Shown piece by piece: positions 12,230-26,337 of a DNA stretch of 64,000 nucleotides (position 1 is its first letter; each line of letters opens with the position of its first letter). Made by a program: the position numbers and the translations under genes. This DNA comes from Eledone cirrhosa (lineage: Eukaryota), in the NCBI GenBank assembly GCA_964016885.1, contig OZ024740.1, positions 401,140,001 to 401,204,000 of the forward strand, read 5' to 3'. A model generated the notes under the pieces. The model was not told the DNA's origin. It searched no databases and saw only the letters and a list, made by a program, of their open reading frames with translations.

Positions 12230-12550
12230 ATAGCCAAGTAAATAGGTTTCACTGCCACTAATGTTGGTTTTCCGACCCTCGGAATACATTGTTGTTAGAG
12301 TTAATCTTCCCCTCTAAGTGGAAGTTGGCTTCATCAGGGATCAACAGCAGATTCAGACGATTTGGGTTGTTTTCCATTTTCTCATACTTTTCTGGACCAT
12401 AGCCTTTCTCTTGGTCCTTTGTTTAGTCGGTATTCAGAAAGGGTACTTCATCAGATTCTCTTCTGCAAATTTCTGTGGCGAAATCCAAGGACTGACTTCA
12501 CCTGCTCAGCAATCGTTTTGGACTCTATTAAAAAGTCTCTCAAACCTGAA
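12230..12550 (-). mobile_element. Decayed Tc1/mariner-superfamily transposase fragment
   Basis: Minus strand, broken frames: SPKRLLSR*SQSL...NLMKYPF*I...DEANFHLEGKINSNNNVFRGSENQ. This resembles the YPYK...SDEAHFHLxGxVNxQN...WGxENP first catalytic-Asp region. Confidence 0.65.
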
Positions 12551-13813
12551 AAGCTGACTTTGAATGATTGATGCTAGTGTTGTGAAATCTAACATGCATT
12601 ATTTTCAACCCTTCTTATCAATAACTGCATAGTGTACGCTAAGGAACTATGTAGGAAATAAAACTCATTTTATATCTTGGTCAGTTTATGAAATTTTCAG
12701 CCGACCCACGTATATACAATAATTGTTTCTACTTTTGGCACAAGGCCAGCAATTATTCCAGTGCATTATTAATAATAATAAACATAGTGTAATGATGCTG
12801 TTTGCTTGCTAAACGAATCGAATATTATTATTATTTGATATAAAACTCAAGAATGCATTTACGTATCCGCGAAAACCGATATTCTAATTTTGTTTTATTA
12901 ATTTTCGGCAAAGCCAGCAGTAGAATCGCTCGGTATGCAAATTAGTCTAATCAGCCGATGTATACTTTAGAGAATACTATATATTATCAAGGGTTTTAGT
13001 GATTGACAGGAGAGAGATACACAATTTTGACAATGGGAAATAATCTAGACACAATATTATTGTCGATTGTTTCTCTCTTTCACCACCAGAACAACATTAT
13101 TAGCATAAAGTGTCCATTAGATAAAGCAAAGAAAAATGTTGATATGTATATATCTATAGTATGGGTCATAAAAACATCTTCTTACAGCGACTACACAGGT
13201 TGTATTTCACAGAATATAGTACTTTTTAGAAAAAAATTAGCATGAAGACTTAAAGAAAAATATGGTTCCTATAAAATGGCCTTTCAAAAATCATGGTGGT
13301 ATGGCAATGTGAAATTCTATAGGAATGTAATAGTTTACATTTTATGTTGATTTTTATGTATTTGATTCGTGAGTGGTGGATTTTCTTCTGTGAGACATGG
13401 ATCCGTTCCCAGAATTGAAATGAACAAACGTCTATAACAGAGAGGAAATTGCTTAATCCTTTCTAAATTTTATATAATTCTCACTTTACCTCTTAAGTTT
13501 AAACGGTTCATAATCTCGATTAATTTTCTAATTAATTTCTAAATCCTGCATAGATCATCTTTAATAGAATAAAATATTTTATGGAGCTTCCTGTATCCTC
13601 CCCAGCAACGAAGTAACGGAAACGCAAACATTTAGATCAACAATAATTATGATACCTTGTATAATTTTCCGTTTCAAGAGAAATTATGTAGACATTAGCT
13701 TGCTCGGCTATTTATAAAGGTTACATCAGTAGAATGGAGAATCATGACAAAATGTACCACAGTGTAATATAGTCTATACTTAGTTATGTTAAACTCACAC
13801 ACACGCATCCTCT

Positions 13814-13859
<46 letters not shown>

Positions 13860-13863
<4 letters not shown>

Positions 13864-14523
13864 TTAGTTAAGGAAAACAAAACAACAAATTTCACAAGGA
13901 AGACATTATTAAGAGATTGTCAACATATTTTAGTTTGATGTAAGGAATGTAGAGAATAATAATAATATTAATAATAATAATGTCCGTTTACAATTGTTTC
14001 GCTACTCCATATAATATTTCTGGATCAAATGATTATATATCATCATTGATCTGGTTCAGTTGAAAATAATTTATATTCCTTTTGAAGTTCCGATGAGCTG
14101 CTGTATTTTTATCTATGTTAATTATTTTCAACTGAACCAGATCAATAATGATATATAATCATTTGATCAAGAAATATTATATGCAGTATCGAAACAATTG
14201 TAAACGGACATTATTATTATTAATATTATTGGCGGTGGATTGGCAGTATCGGTAGGGGGTCGGACGTCATGCTGTCCAGCATAGTTACGTCCCTTTACGA
14301 TCTGAGTTCAAATCCCGCCGAGGTATACTTTGCCTTTCATCCTTACGGGGTCGATAAAATAAAGTACCAGTAATGCACTGAGTAATTGCTGGCCTTGTGC
14401 CTAAAGTAGAAACAATTATTATTATTCTCTACATTCCTTACATCAAACTAAAATATGTTGACAATATCTTAATAATGTCTTCCTTGTGAAATTTGTGGTC
14501 TTGTTTTACTTAACTAATGAATA
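13860..14523. mobile_element. Foldback element with ~210-bp inverted arms; right arm interrupted by a SINE
   Basis: 13860-14070 is the reverse complement of 14121-14230 plus 14421-14523. The spacer is ~50 bp and the left side is (TA)n. Confidence 0.85.
14231..14420 (+). mobile_element. SINE family 1, nested in the foldback arm
   Basis: Full-length GGCGGTGGATTGGCAGTATCGG...GTAGAAACAATTATT, inserted in an (ATT)n stretch. Confidence 0.92.
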
Positions 14524-14696
14524 TTTCCAGATCTGTGCACCTAACCTCTGCATGAACACAGCCACCTAGCTGCCTTCCACTGCATATTGCACATTGAGGC
14601 TTTACGCTTTGGTTTCTAACTAATTCACCAATCTCTCCTCTCCTATCTCCTCTCCTATCTCCATCTCTCTCTTTAATATTGGTTACTCTTGAACTA

Positions 14697-14741
<45 letters not shown>

Positions 14742-14746
<5 letters not shown>

Positions 14747-14850
14747 AAAAGAGTCAGCACCCCAACGGCTGAGCTCCGACCGTTTCGACAGCTAGGTCTG
14801 AACGCACCTAGGTCAGACCTAGCTGTCGAAACAGCCGGAACTCAGCCGTC
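14742..14850. mobile_element. Hairpin element related to family A
   Basis: ATAGGAAAA...ACGGCTGAGCTCCGACCGTTTCGACAGCTAGGTCTGA...TCAGACCTAGCTGTCGAAACAGCCGGAACTCAGCCGTC, next to (TA)n. Confidence 0.6.
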
Positions 14851-15357
14851 TTAATATACAACTTACACATTTAGTATACTACAAAACGAAATGCATCCTA
14901 TTTATAGAATAGATGAGCATATCATTAAACAATTCACAAAACTAAACAAAACATACATCAATACTTATCATGAACTCAAACTCAGAATGTGCTAAATGAA
15001 TAACAAAATGTAATACTTTATCAATAGGAAACCACAGAACGTACTTCAGATGACCAAAGTAATATACATATTGCCATGTAAAAATGAACTTCATGACAAT
15101 CATTATTACATAAGTCGCACCAGTACGACTCTTTCACAATGCATAACCATGTTCTCATAGCAAAGAGACATCGCAACACATTAACGTATAATTCAAGCAA
15201 AAAATATAAATACATAAATAGATAGGTTTACAATATTTGATAATTCTATATTTTTATATGCTATTCCATTCAAAATAACTATGTTTGCTTTCCGCATATC
15301 GGAAATGAATAAAAAATTAAGATACATATGTCGCATACCTGAAACCAATTAAAATAC

Positions 15358-15495
15358 CTGCCATGATTTCCTGCTGAGAAATTCTAAATCAACCATCCAT
15401 GATCTGGTACCACTCCCATGATACATTAAGACATCTGCTACGCACCTGGCCAATACGCCACTAGTATGACCAATCTGATTCTGAAGATCAGATGG
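15358..15495 (-). other. Candidate internal exon (138 nt, phase 0/0), product unknown
   Basis: Boundaries are ttacAG| and |GTattt. The frame is open (PSDLQNQIGHTSGVLARCVADVLMYHGSGTRSWMVDLEFLSRKSWQ) and GC is locally higher. No homology recognised. Confidence 0.2.
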
Positions 15496-15651
15496 CTGTA
15501 ATGATATGTAAACGTTATTTTTCAAAGCTAAGCATAAAGAACTAATAAGGAAATGAGAAAATACTTAATGATTTTTTCACACTGGGGCGGTATTGTGTTT
15601 TCAATATAAAATATTGTTTTAAAGTCTTGAGTAAAAACGCAACGCTTTACA

Positions 15652-15851
<200 letters not shown>

Positions 15852-15913
15852 GAAAACATGGCGTGCTGCGTGGTTGCAAATGGGTTACATATGAATAAGA
15901 AGGACTAAATTTA

Positions 15914-15944
<31 letters not shown>

Positions 15945-15948
<4 letters not shown>

Positions 15949-16080
15949 AGAATTAGCCGTCGAAACGGCTTGAGCTCTGCCGTCGGGGTCATACTTGTTC
16001 CTATTACCCACTCTACTACCCTAAGTATTGAGTACTTTGGTGCGTTATGATCCATCTGGTTCCTTACCACATTTCCTTCG

Positions 16081-16083
<3 letters not shown>
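15945..16083 (+). mobile_element. Family A copy 3, 5'-truncated, no inversion
   Basis: Matches 6304-6440 and is flanked by (TA)n. Confidence 0.8.
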
Positions 16084-16118
<35 letters not shown>

Positions 16119-16123
<5 letters not shown>

Positions 16124-16298
16124 TTCTACAGGACTAGAACTGTTTCATTCGGGAGAAATCATCAGGGCATCTTGATGATTTCTCCAGAATGAAACATTTC
16201 TAGTCCTGTAGAAGCCATTTCTGTATTAAATATGTATACTCTGCTTTGTATTGAGTACCTTACTCTGGTTACCCCCGATTGAACACGGGATAAACTAT
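16119..16298 (+). mobile_element. Family C short element: inverted duplication of a hammerhead-like core plus an ~80-bp tail
   Basis: Arms at 16119-16164 and 16173-16218. The minus arm reads CTGATGA-tTTC tccc GAAt-GAAAC agttcta GTC. Flanks are TA. Confidence 0.7.
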
Positions 16299-16572
16299 AT
16301 ATATAGTTACACTTTCTCCGAAGTGTTTCTCTTACGATATTCCCTGGAAGTGTGAAATAATTGATTGTCCATTGTTTAATAATCCAGATTTCATAGGCCA
16401 AAGATTTGGTATCACATTAGCTAATATATTGAACATGCCAGAAATAGTAATAATTATTAATAATAACTATTACAAATTAGTAATATTAATTATGAAACTA
16501 AACAGTGAACATCAACTTCTATGTGTCAATGATGTTTCCACCATGCTTGACTTTTTATAAGTATATATATAT

Positions 16573-16753
16573 ATTAGAAAGTGACGTTTTTTTACAAAAT
16601 GAAAAAAAAACCGAGGTGTCCTACACGAGTGAAAGTATAGGGAAATCGAAAATGCAATTGGAGTCTTTTTTTTTAAATATATTTATTTGGTTCCTTTACC
16701 GCTTTCGCAGTTCTTGTGCGAAAAATAGAATTGAATTGGAGGGTTTGTGGTTT

Positions 16754-16760
<7 letters not shown>
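16573..16760 (-). mobile_element. Family B copy 2, hammerhead partly lost
   Basis: Homologous to 6468-6682 and flanked by TA. Confidence 0.75.
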
Positions 16761-16810
<50 letters not shown>

Positions 16811-17099
16811 GTCTTCATATATATAGAGTATTGCTGAATCCGACTTTCACTTCCAAACATATTTCTGACTGATTAAAAATGTCACATTCAATATTCAACT
16901 CTGTTCTATAATTCACTATAAAAAATAAATCTTTCATTTAAAGTGAAATCCCATTAATATGTGCGTTAGGTTTTGGCTATTATCACGTGAAAAATGTTTT
17001 TAAATGTCAAAACTGTAAAGCTGAGCGCCATTCTTATTCGACAGGGACATATTTTAACAGAAATTCCAGTGTCATAGAATTGAATAACATGAAAAGAAG

Positions 17100-17215
17100 C
17101 ACAAAGAAATGAAGAAAGAAAGAAAGAACGAACGAAAGAAAGAAAGAAAAAGGGAAGAAAGAAAGAAAGAAAAAAAGAAAAAAAGAAAAAAAGAAAAAAA
17201 GAAAAAAAGAAAAGC
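17100..17215. repeat. (GAAA)n / A-rich purine tract
   Basis: Seen directly; it explains the F/S/L-rich ORFs. Confidence 0.9.
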
Positions 17216-18183
17216 ACAAGGAGGCAAAATTGAAAGATAATATATAGGAGAAAGTGAAGAGAGAATATTGACGTAATGTTTCCGTATAACATTCAAATGG
17301 TAATTTAATTAGATATAGAAGGGAAAACGGAAAATATATATCGAATAACGAAAATCTAGATCTATTCTATGTTTTGATTTAAAACATATGTTTATCTTAT
17401 TCCTTTTTAAAAAAAAAACTCTCTATTTTGTTGTCTACCTTCTCTTTCTCTCTTTCTTTATGTTCCTTTACTTTTACTTAATGTAATGTATGTTTCTTTT
17501 CTTTTTCCCTACGGATTCGTTCACGGTTGGACTCTGATATAACAATTATTCTTTCACTCAGTGTAACTAGAAATATATCCTAATCATCATCATTATTCAT
17601 ACGATCATCAATATACGGTTACAACCAGCGAACACCATCACAATCATTAGCAACATTTTAACCATTTCGTAAATATTTTTTTCTCTTGCTGATATTGTTT
17701 TGCCTCATTTACTGTCGATATTGTTGTTGATTTTGTAAATATCAACACATTCTAGTATAGATAAGAAGGGCGATAATATTTGATCGTAGAGATACAGTTG
17801 ACTTCAATAATTACAATAAACCAGTGACTGATATTTTGTTCATCTAGAGAAATAAAAATAATAACTGGTATAAATGGTATTTGAACACGATGCAGAGTAT
17901 TTAGTCATTGTTCTAATCCATCACTTAATTGATTACATTTAGAATGATGTCTCACATATCCACATATCCACAATGACACACATTTTGTATAGAGAGTTGT
18001 ATATCTTGTACTGACACCATTATATGAGATAAACTCAGCTATAGAGCACAGCAGGAATAAAGGTAAGATTGTCTCCTGAGAGAATTTGAACTCAGAACCT
18101 TAAATAAGTTAACTAAATTCCACAAACTACTCTATCTGACAAATTTCGAATTCGTGATTCCAAAATCATTAACATTTATCTAA

Positions 18184-18401
18184 ATAATGGTTTCTTATAT
18201 AGGCACAAGGCCAGCAATTTTGGGGGGAGGGGAAAGTCAATTAAATCGACCCCAGTGCGTGACTGGTACTTTATTTTATCGACCCCTTAAGGATGAAAGG
18301 CAAAATTAACCTCGGCGGGATTTGAACTCAGATCATAAAAGGCTGTAACTCTATGCTGCAAAGCATGGCATCCGACCCTCTACCGATACTGCCAATCCAC
18401 C
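18184..18401 (-). mobile_element. SINE family 1, long variant
   Basis: Consensus plus an extra ~35-bp segment (GGTCGATTTAAT..ACTTTCCC..) before the tail. Confidence 0.9.
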
Positions 18402-18618
18402 AATACATTAAATGTAACATCACTGAGTCGCAAGCCAACATTGTGATTCGTCTTTAATTCTTGTTAGAAACAACTTTACTTTAACAATTGTTTCTTACAT
18501 AAGTCTTCTTGCACGGCAATTTATTTGCATTTGTTCTTATCATTCCTAATGCACATTTTGTTATAATGAGTGTTTTGATATTTCTATTTTCAAGTTTTTA
18601 TTATTTGGTTATTTTCTA

Positions 18619-18843
18619 GGACGGTGGATTGGCAGTATTGGTAGAAAGTCGGATACCATGCTTTGCAGCATAGAGTTACGCTCCTTTACGGTCTGTGTTC
18701 AAATCCTGCCGAGGTTAACTTTGTCTTTCACCCTTACGGGGTCGATAAAATAAGGCACCATTAATGCACTGGGGTCGATTTAATCGACTTTCCCTTCCCC
18801 TTATAAAATTACTGGCCTTGTGCCTAAAGTAGAAACAATTATT
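18619..18843 (+). mobile_element. SINE family 1, long variant, with TSD-like flanks
   Basis: Flanks TTATTTGGTTATTTTCT and TTATTTGATTATTTTCT. Confidence 0.9.
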
Positions 18844-20027
18844 TGATTATTTTCTCGATTTCTCGCAGTTAAATTGTCATCAGTCGTAATTATTACGTCA
18901 ATTAGCTGGTAGCTGTTGGTTAGCATTGACAAAAATATATTTACAATTGTTTCAAGCATGTATCAAATTATGTTATTTTCTCATTATTTGAGACCTTCAC
19001 TGGTGTTGTTTGTATCCTTTTCTGTACCACCCGGTTTTGCGCTACCATGGTTTCCTGTGTATGACACCTCCTAATCTTTTATTAGTTTCCATATACATTT
19101 CGTTTCGATTATGCTCAAGTAGCCAAAACAATGTGACTTGTTTCTGTACACGTTTCAAATATTCAGAAGTTATTTTATAATTCTCTTTATTCTATATTGT
19201 TTTTTCATATCATTGCCAAGTGGCTTTCAGCTTTATATCCTTCAATACATAGTCAGCATAGATATTATTCCCTATCTATTATTCTCTATCTTTGTCCAAC
19301 GTGGCCCGAGAATAGGCCATGTACGTGATTTTCACTTGTATAACATTAATTTTATTTGACACTATCTTATAGAACTTTAGTACTTTCTATTTCCGTTTCC
19401 TTATCCATCTCGCAGCTGCTCGTTTGTATAAACATGCGTTATATATATTGACATCCAAGAAAGAGAAACAGTGTTTTTTTTTATTGTTGTTCTAGTTGTG
19501 TAACTACCAATGCTAATTATTGATATTTCACTCAAATCCTAGCAACTGTATTATAAATTAAATCAATTATTAGAATAACTAGCATGTTGCTACTTATTAC
19601 CTTATGTTGAGTTTTACTTATTACATTTTGTTCAGTTTTAGATTTGATCTAATATGTCTATCATATTACTTCTAAACTTTCATTTTGGAGTTATACTACG
19701 TCAAGTTAATTGATTTTTAAGTATGTATACAACCATTCATGTAAATTTTTCTACAGCTATATAGATGCGTGATCGTCAGTGTGTGCGCGAGTATGTTTGT
19801 GTGTTCGTATGATGTGGATGAGAGGAAAAAAGAAATAGATTATTAAGTAAATATATAACTTATTTTTTATTCAGAAAAATCTAATATTATAAAATATATA
19901 AATCGTTAAACATGATTTAATTAGCTTGAGCTATGAAGTGGAACGCAAATAAAATCACATAGTTTAATAAACATTTGTCCTCTTTGCATCAGTCAACAAA
20001 AAACCAAACGACTACATTTGCTTCAAA

Positions 20028-20157
20028 CTATAAGTTATGGTATGATCCCGTAAATCTTAATGGAGTCGTAGGGCCGCCGTAATAGAATACGGGGTTTTGT
20101 GGGTTCTTCAACCCTAGCGGATCCCATCCCTCTCTTGGTCTGAACACAGCAGATTTT
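20028..20157 (-). other. Candidate terminal coding exon, product unknown
   Basis: A long AG-free pyrimidine tract (20161-20218, minus strand) is followed by AG and an open frame KSAVFRPREGWDPLGLKNPQNPVFYYGGPTTPLRFTGSYHNL*. GC is higher than the flanks. The GAG acceptor is atypical. Confidence 0.3.
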
Positions 20158-20214
20158 CTCCAGAGAGAGATAAAGGGTGAAAGAGAGGAAGTGAGAACGA
20201 AATACAGAAAAATA

Positions 20215-20369
20215 AAATCGACCCTACTGGGTCTTATTATATCGACCTCGAATAGAGGAAAAGCAAAGTTGACCTCGGCGGGATTTGAAAACAGAGAGCA
20301 GACAGCAGGAACGAATACGACCAAACATTACTATCTGATGTTCTAACGATACTGCCCATGCGCTACCCT
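20215..20369 (-). mobile_element. Older diverged SINE related to family 1
   Basis: AAAGCAAAGTTGACCTCGGCGGGATTTGAA core and an A-box-like GGCAGTATCGTTAGA on the minus strand. Confidence 0.7.
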
Positions 20370-20932
20370 TGATATATGTTTTAACATGAGTACACCCGAA
20401 CGAATGAAGAGAGTGTATAATGCTGAATGTAATAAGATATGTTGCCATATCATTAATTCCCAATAAAAAAATTGCTAATCTTGTACATTGAATATAAATA
20501 GTACACATATATGTATATGAGTATGTGTGTATGTGTATATGTGTGTGCGTGCGTTAGCATGTACAGTATGTATGGATGTGTTTGTGCGTATAACGTAACA
20601 CATGATTAGAGAACTAGAGAACGAAACAGAAACAGTTTATCATGGATATAGCAGTGACATGTGAATGAAACACTAAATCCAAGAGAAAATATATATCTCC
20701 AGAGAGTAGTAAAACGAAATAGTTGCTGCACTGTTTGAGTAGTAACAGTTTAATCTGGTTTGGTGTGATGTCTGAATGGATAATGAAGGCATAACTGATT
20801 ATTTTTAGAGTAGCAGGATACGGATATTCTCTGGTAATATCAAGGATGCTCTGCTTTGCTAAAGGGAAAGATGCGGTCAGAAAATGGCGGTATCACCGTG
20901 CTCCTCAATTGTTTGAAATATATTGTATTATA

Positions 20933-21125
20933 AATAATTGTTTCTATTTTAGGCACAAGGCCAGCAATTACCCAGTATATTACTAGTACTTTATTTTATC
21001 GACCCCGTAAGGATGAAATGCAAAGTTAACCTCGGCGGGATTTGAACTCAGATCATAAAGGGACGTAACTCTATGCTTCAAAGCATGGTGTCCGACTCTC
21101 TACCGATACTGCCAATCCACCGCCC
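20933..21125 (-). mobile_element. SINE family 1 with ~18-bp TSD; a diverged copy follows at about 21141-21282
   Basis: TATTGTATTATAAATAAT on both sides. Confidence 0.92.
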
Positions 21126-22448
21126 TTATTGTATTATAAATAATAATTTCTAATTTAGGCAGAAAATCAACAATTGGTGGGGAGCGGATAATTGATTAAA
21201 TCGGATCCTATACGTGACTGGTACATTATTTTATCAACCCTGTGTTCAGGAAAAGCAATGTTGGCATCAGCATGATTTGAACAAATCCATCTCGATTTCA
21301 CCATTAACAATGGCAGGTAAACGATCTCTTGTGCTACTGGTCACCTTCTTGCAATGCCGTGTAAATGGTCACCTTTAGTTTCTATCAGAGCAGTACTAGC
21401 TTCTATGACATTTTTGTCGATGACACACCTACTTGTTTCCTTAAGTTTTTCGCTGATTTGACAAGAAGTAATCACGGAAGTGCTTTATTTGTAAACACAT
21501 GGAAAACAGTTTCCATGCATTATTGAACTCATTGACTTTCCTTCCGCACACACGGCTTATTCGTGGTCATGGCAATTATATGCCTATAGAGACCTGACGT
21601 AACCACATCTCATTCTTCTGGATCTCAGCATCCACTACAACCAAATACTGTACTATGAAGGTGATGATGGCTCAGGGTCATTGTTGTTGTTAACGCCTTT
21701 ATGAATTTTTATATACGCAATCAAATAACCTATTATTTTATATATAAAGACGTATAAAGAGTGAGAGAGAGTGAGTGAGAGAGTGTGTGTGTGTGTTTGT
21801 GTGCATCTGTGAGTGAGAGAAGGAGAAGGAGAGAGATAGAGTGAACGAGATAGAGAGAGAGAGAGGGGGAGAGAGAGTATGTGTGTGTTTGTGTGTGTAT
21901 GTGTGTATCTGTGAATGAGAGAGGGAGAGTGAGAGAGATAGAGTGAACGAGAGAGATCTCTCTCTCTCTCTCTCTCTCCCTCTCGCGTTCACTCTATCTC
22001 TATAGAGAGAGTGAGAGAGGAGGGCGGGGAAGGTTGAGTACGTGAACGAGCAAAATATTGTTAGAATGAGAATCTTTCTAACAGAAGAACATTAAATAGT
22101 CATCGAAAGGCATTCTAAAATATTAGTTGCAATCTAAATGTTGATAGTTTAAATGAAACCTCCGATTTTCCATCTACATTTTTCCCTATTTCCTTTTAGC
22201 AGGTTTTTTTCTTGGCACTTGAGGAAAAGTTTCAAAAAGGAATTAGTAACAATTACATTAATGAAAAGTAACCTATTTTCGTTTTGATTTTATACAATAT
22301 CCGACATGTTCTATTTAATCAACATTAAATTCTGTACATATATATTTGGATAAAGTTTTAAATAAAATCATCAACGAATGAATTGGAGAAACCACGACTA
22401 TAGGTAAACTGGTGCTAAGATAGAGCGCAGTTTTCTTTTGTAATTGTA

Positions 22449-22624
22449 TAATTGTTTCTACTTTTGGCACAAGGCCAGCAATTATTACTGGTACTTTATT
22501 TTATCGACCCCGTAAGGATGAAAGGTAAAGTTAAGCTCGGCGGGATTTGAACTCAGAAAGGCAAGGGCCTAAACTCTTTGCTGCAAAGGATGGCGTCAGA
22601 CCCTCTACCGATACTGCCATCCAC
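22449..22624 (-). mobile_element. SINE family 1 with TSD
   Basis: TGTAATTGTATAAT on both sides. Confidence 0.9.
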
Positions 22625-23775
22625 TGTAATTGTATAATGGTTAAATATATGTAAATGAATAGTCCATCTGAGAATAATGTTGCTTATTTCAGGCATACCT
22701 GCAAATTTTAGAGGAATGATCACTTTATAAAATGATACAACTCCCATGAAGACCAACCACTTACAAAATTAAATAACTCTGTGAATAAAATATAAATTGC
22801 ATGCAAAATAAAAAAAGTAATTAGCCCCCCAAAATAATCTATTTGTTGCTATGGGATCAATATCGACCACTTTGTGTTCACTAGGCCAGTGTATTTTGAG
22901 GGTTGACCGGTAAATATTTGTAATTGTCTGATGGTATAGAGACCTTCGGCGAATAACATATGTAGTGCACAAACAAATTAATCGTTATCATTTTTGAACG
23001 TCTTAACCATGGTTGCAACTGTATATAATTGTGTGAATGTATGAATATGTATGTGTTTGTAAATACATGCAACCAACCGTGTGTGTGTGTGTGCGTGTAC
23101 GTCTGTATTTGCACGATCTAAGAAGAAATGTACCCAACTTGCTTTGCGAAACATGTTAACATCGAAAACTTGTAAGTGATAAAAATATTCTGACTAAAAC
23201 GTCTGAACATATCAATCCTGTTCTGCGTACATTGTTGTCCTTTCTGGACTCATCGAAGAGTAAAATACCACGTAGCATCTGAAGGTGGTGAAATGGCATA
23301 GTCCTTAAAGCATCGGATAGAATGTATTGTGATATATAGTCCAGCTGCCTGTGCTTTCTTTCTAATCAATGCAAGATATCAGCCTTTCAACATTGCTTAG
23401 CATTAATTCACAATCAATAAAAAAAACGTAACAATGAGTGCCGGTGGATTAGCCAAGTTGTTAGAGCTTATGACGATATACCTTGTACTAGGTATATGTT
23501 CGGAGTTCAAATTCTCTGACTTACTGCAGTCTCATTAGTAGTAAATTTTTGGTTAAGAAATGTTATAAAGCTCATGTACATTCAGCTTTCATTGTTGAGT
23601 AATATAATCAATATATATTTCAGATGTATAGATTAAATCTAATTATAGTATATTTATATGAAATAATTCTAGATGCCATTTCTAAATAAACAATGATATC
23701 TAAACTCTACTAAAGTATTCAGCACATTTTTTAACTGCGGTCACTTCCAGACACCTATCAGAAGCCCTCGCATTC

Positions 23776-23875
<100 letters not shown>

Positions 23876-24084
23876 GTCGCATGAAATTTGTAGAAGAAAC
23901 AAATTTCATAATTGATGACCCAATATATTGGTGGGGAATTGAATTTTCTCTCAAGATCTAATATATTTCTATGAAGGTGAGATGATGAAGGTTGAATTGG
24001 TGTTAAACAGGTCGGGATTCAAAATAATTTACTCGAAAATTCTGTCGATTTAAAGAAAAAGTTCGTTTTCTATTTAGAATAATA

Positions 24085-24212
24085 TCCTTAGTACTCGATA
24101 CGTAAGAATGTAGAGCGTTTATATTGTAATGAGTTATTGTCTGACGGCCGAGCATTTGCCGTTTCGATGAAGCGGCTAGAGCTCAGTCGTCGCACAGTAC
24201 CTCATTACAATA
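24085..24212. mobile_element. Diverged hairpin element related to family A
   Basis: TATTGTAATGAG...GACGGCCGAGC...GCCGTTTCGATGAAGCGGCTAGAGCTCAGTCGTC...CTCATTACAATA, preceded by AGTACTCGATAC. Confidence 0.55.
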
Positions 24213-24278
24213 CACACGCACACTCACACTCACACACAAACACACAGACTCTCTCTCTCTCACACACACACACGCACG

Positions 24279-24361
<83 letters not shown>

Positions 24362-24782
24362 TGAATTAGAATATTTCACCGTCACTTTGTGAAAATAAGA
24401 TTGTCTAATAATAACCCTCACATCTTGTTTGTCGGACAAGTGCGTTACCTATTGCACGTAAATATATATAAATATGTGTGTGTGTGTGTGTGTGTGTGTG
24501 GGGTGGGGGATTATGTGTTTGTGTATGTTCGTGTGTAAATATTTTGATTCAGTCGATATGTCTGAGTAACAGAACAATGCCGGAGCCAAATGTATCTCAT
24601 CAATATAGATATTGAACCAACAATTTGCGAAACATATGTAACGGGCGATATTGTATTATAAAGAAACTTCATAGCAAACATGATATATACACTCTGCTCT
24701 TGCATCGAATGCCAACATTGGTACAAGCTCAAGTAATCAACAAAATTCAGGTGTATCTTTTGTATACATATATGCATATATA

Positions 24783-25001
<219 letters not shown>

Positions 25002-25074
25002 ATGTGTGTGTGTGTGTGACAATACACACCATACTCACACACGTACAGACACACACATATATATATACAAATAT

Positions 25075-25127
<53 letters not shown>

Positions 25128-25128
25128 G

Positions 25129-25176
<48 letters not shown>

Positions 25177-25247
25177 TCATACGTATATACATACATATAT
25201 ATATATATATACATATATACATACAAACACACTAAAATATGTGTGTG

Positions 25248-25294
<47 letters not shown>

Positions 25295-26337
25295 GTATAT
25301 AAACATATTTATGTTTGTAAGCGTGTGAGTATAAATAGAAGAACACACCTGACAACTATGTCGGGGATAACTTACATCCTATCCTAAAGTCTTAATATAT
25401 TTCATTGTTTTCTCAGAAAACTCTAGAATTCTTGTCAATGAAATGAATATTGACATATAGAGTAGCGTTAGTGAATTATAGGTCAATGAGGTCAAAACAT
25501 ATCCCCTATTAAGAACCCTAATGAGCCCGGAAGTGAAGATTTCGAACGGAAGCAATACCTGCTGTTGTACGATGAAGGATGTTAGGATTCCTGAGTGCAA
25601 ATATACGGACGATGACCACAAATAAGTGATGGACATCTGGTCTTCGGTGTCTATGGGTGCAATTTCAACAAAGAAATTGTCTTCAAGAACATAGTTTCAT
25701 ATCATAAATACATTTCTTCCCGAAAAAATATAAAATCTTTCATATAAAAAAAAAAAAATACACTTCAAAGTTTTCATATCAATTTCTATACTTCCTTTGC
25801 TATCCCCCACCCCGTTCCCTCTTCTCTCTCTTTCCCACTCCTCTTCTCTTACATTTCCTTTAGATTTACATATTCAACAATCTGAAGACAATGCCGGTAA
25901 CGATTCTTTCATTGATAAACTGTAAATTAAAGCTTAAATTATTATATAGATATTTCAACATTAATTTTTAAAGTGAACTACGCCCTGCAAAATTAAGGCA
26001 ATTATATATTTTGTATAGAATCTTTTTCAAAATAGAATTTTAAATCTACATAAAAAGAAATAGAAGCTCAAAATTATAAAAGTCTATTTTTTTTTTCTTT
26101 TTCGTTAGATTAATTGTTAAGACTAGTTGATTTAAAAAAATGCATATATTAGAAATAAACTTGGATATCATACGTGACTATTTTTCTACTTCTAAAATAC
26201 TTTTTACGTATTTTGTGTCAGATGGTTATATTTATATTTCCTGCATATATTCATTTCCCCTCATTGTTTTAATAATATTTAAAATCCGAAGACAACTTAG
26301 TTATATTCGTAACTGTCTTATTACTAAAATTCCACGA

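Noticed and set aside
12679-13290. Mariner/Tc1 TIR-like ends at about 12679-12714 and 13192-13290
   Set aside because: No partner TIR was found in the window and the sequences are too decayed to assign.
14231-14320. tRNA genes at A-box/B-box motifs
   Set aside because: No cloverleaf is evident and the A-B spacing is extended. Each copy continues into a SINE body and tail, several with TSDs.
20750-21600. Additional LINE RT fragments around the SINEs
   Set aside because: Only faint motif resemblance; the frames are too broken to call.
25480-25690. Host exon or LINE ORF1 remnant
   Set aside because: Only a vague GR*PQ...GH similarity with stops; not supportable.
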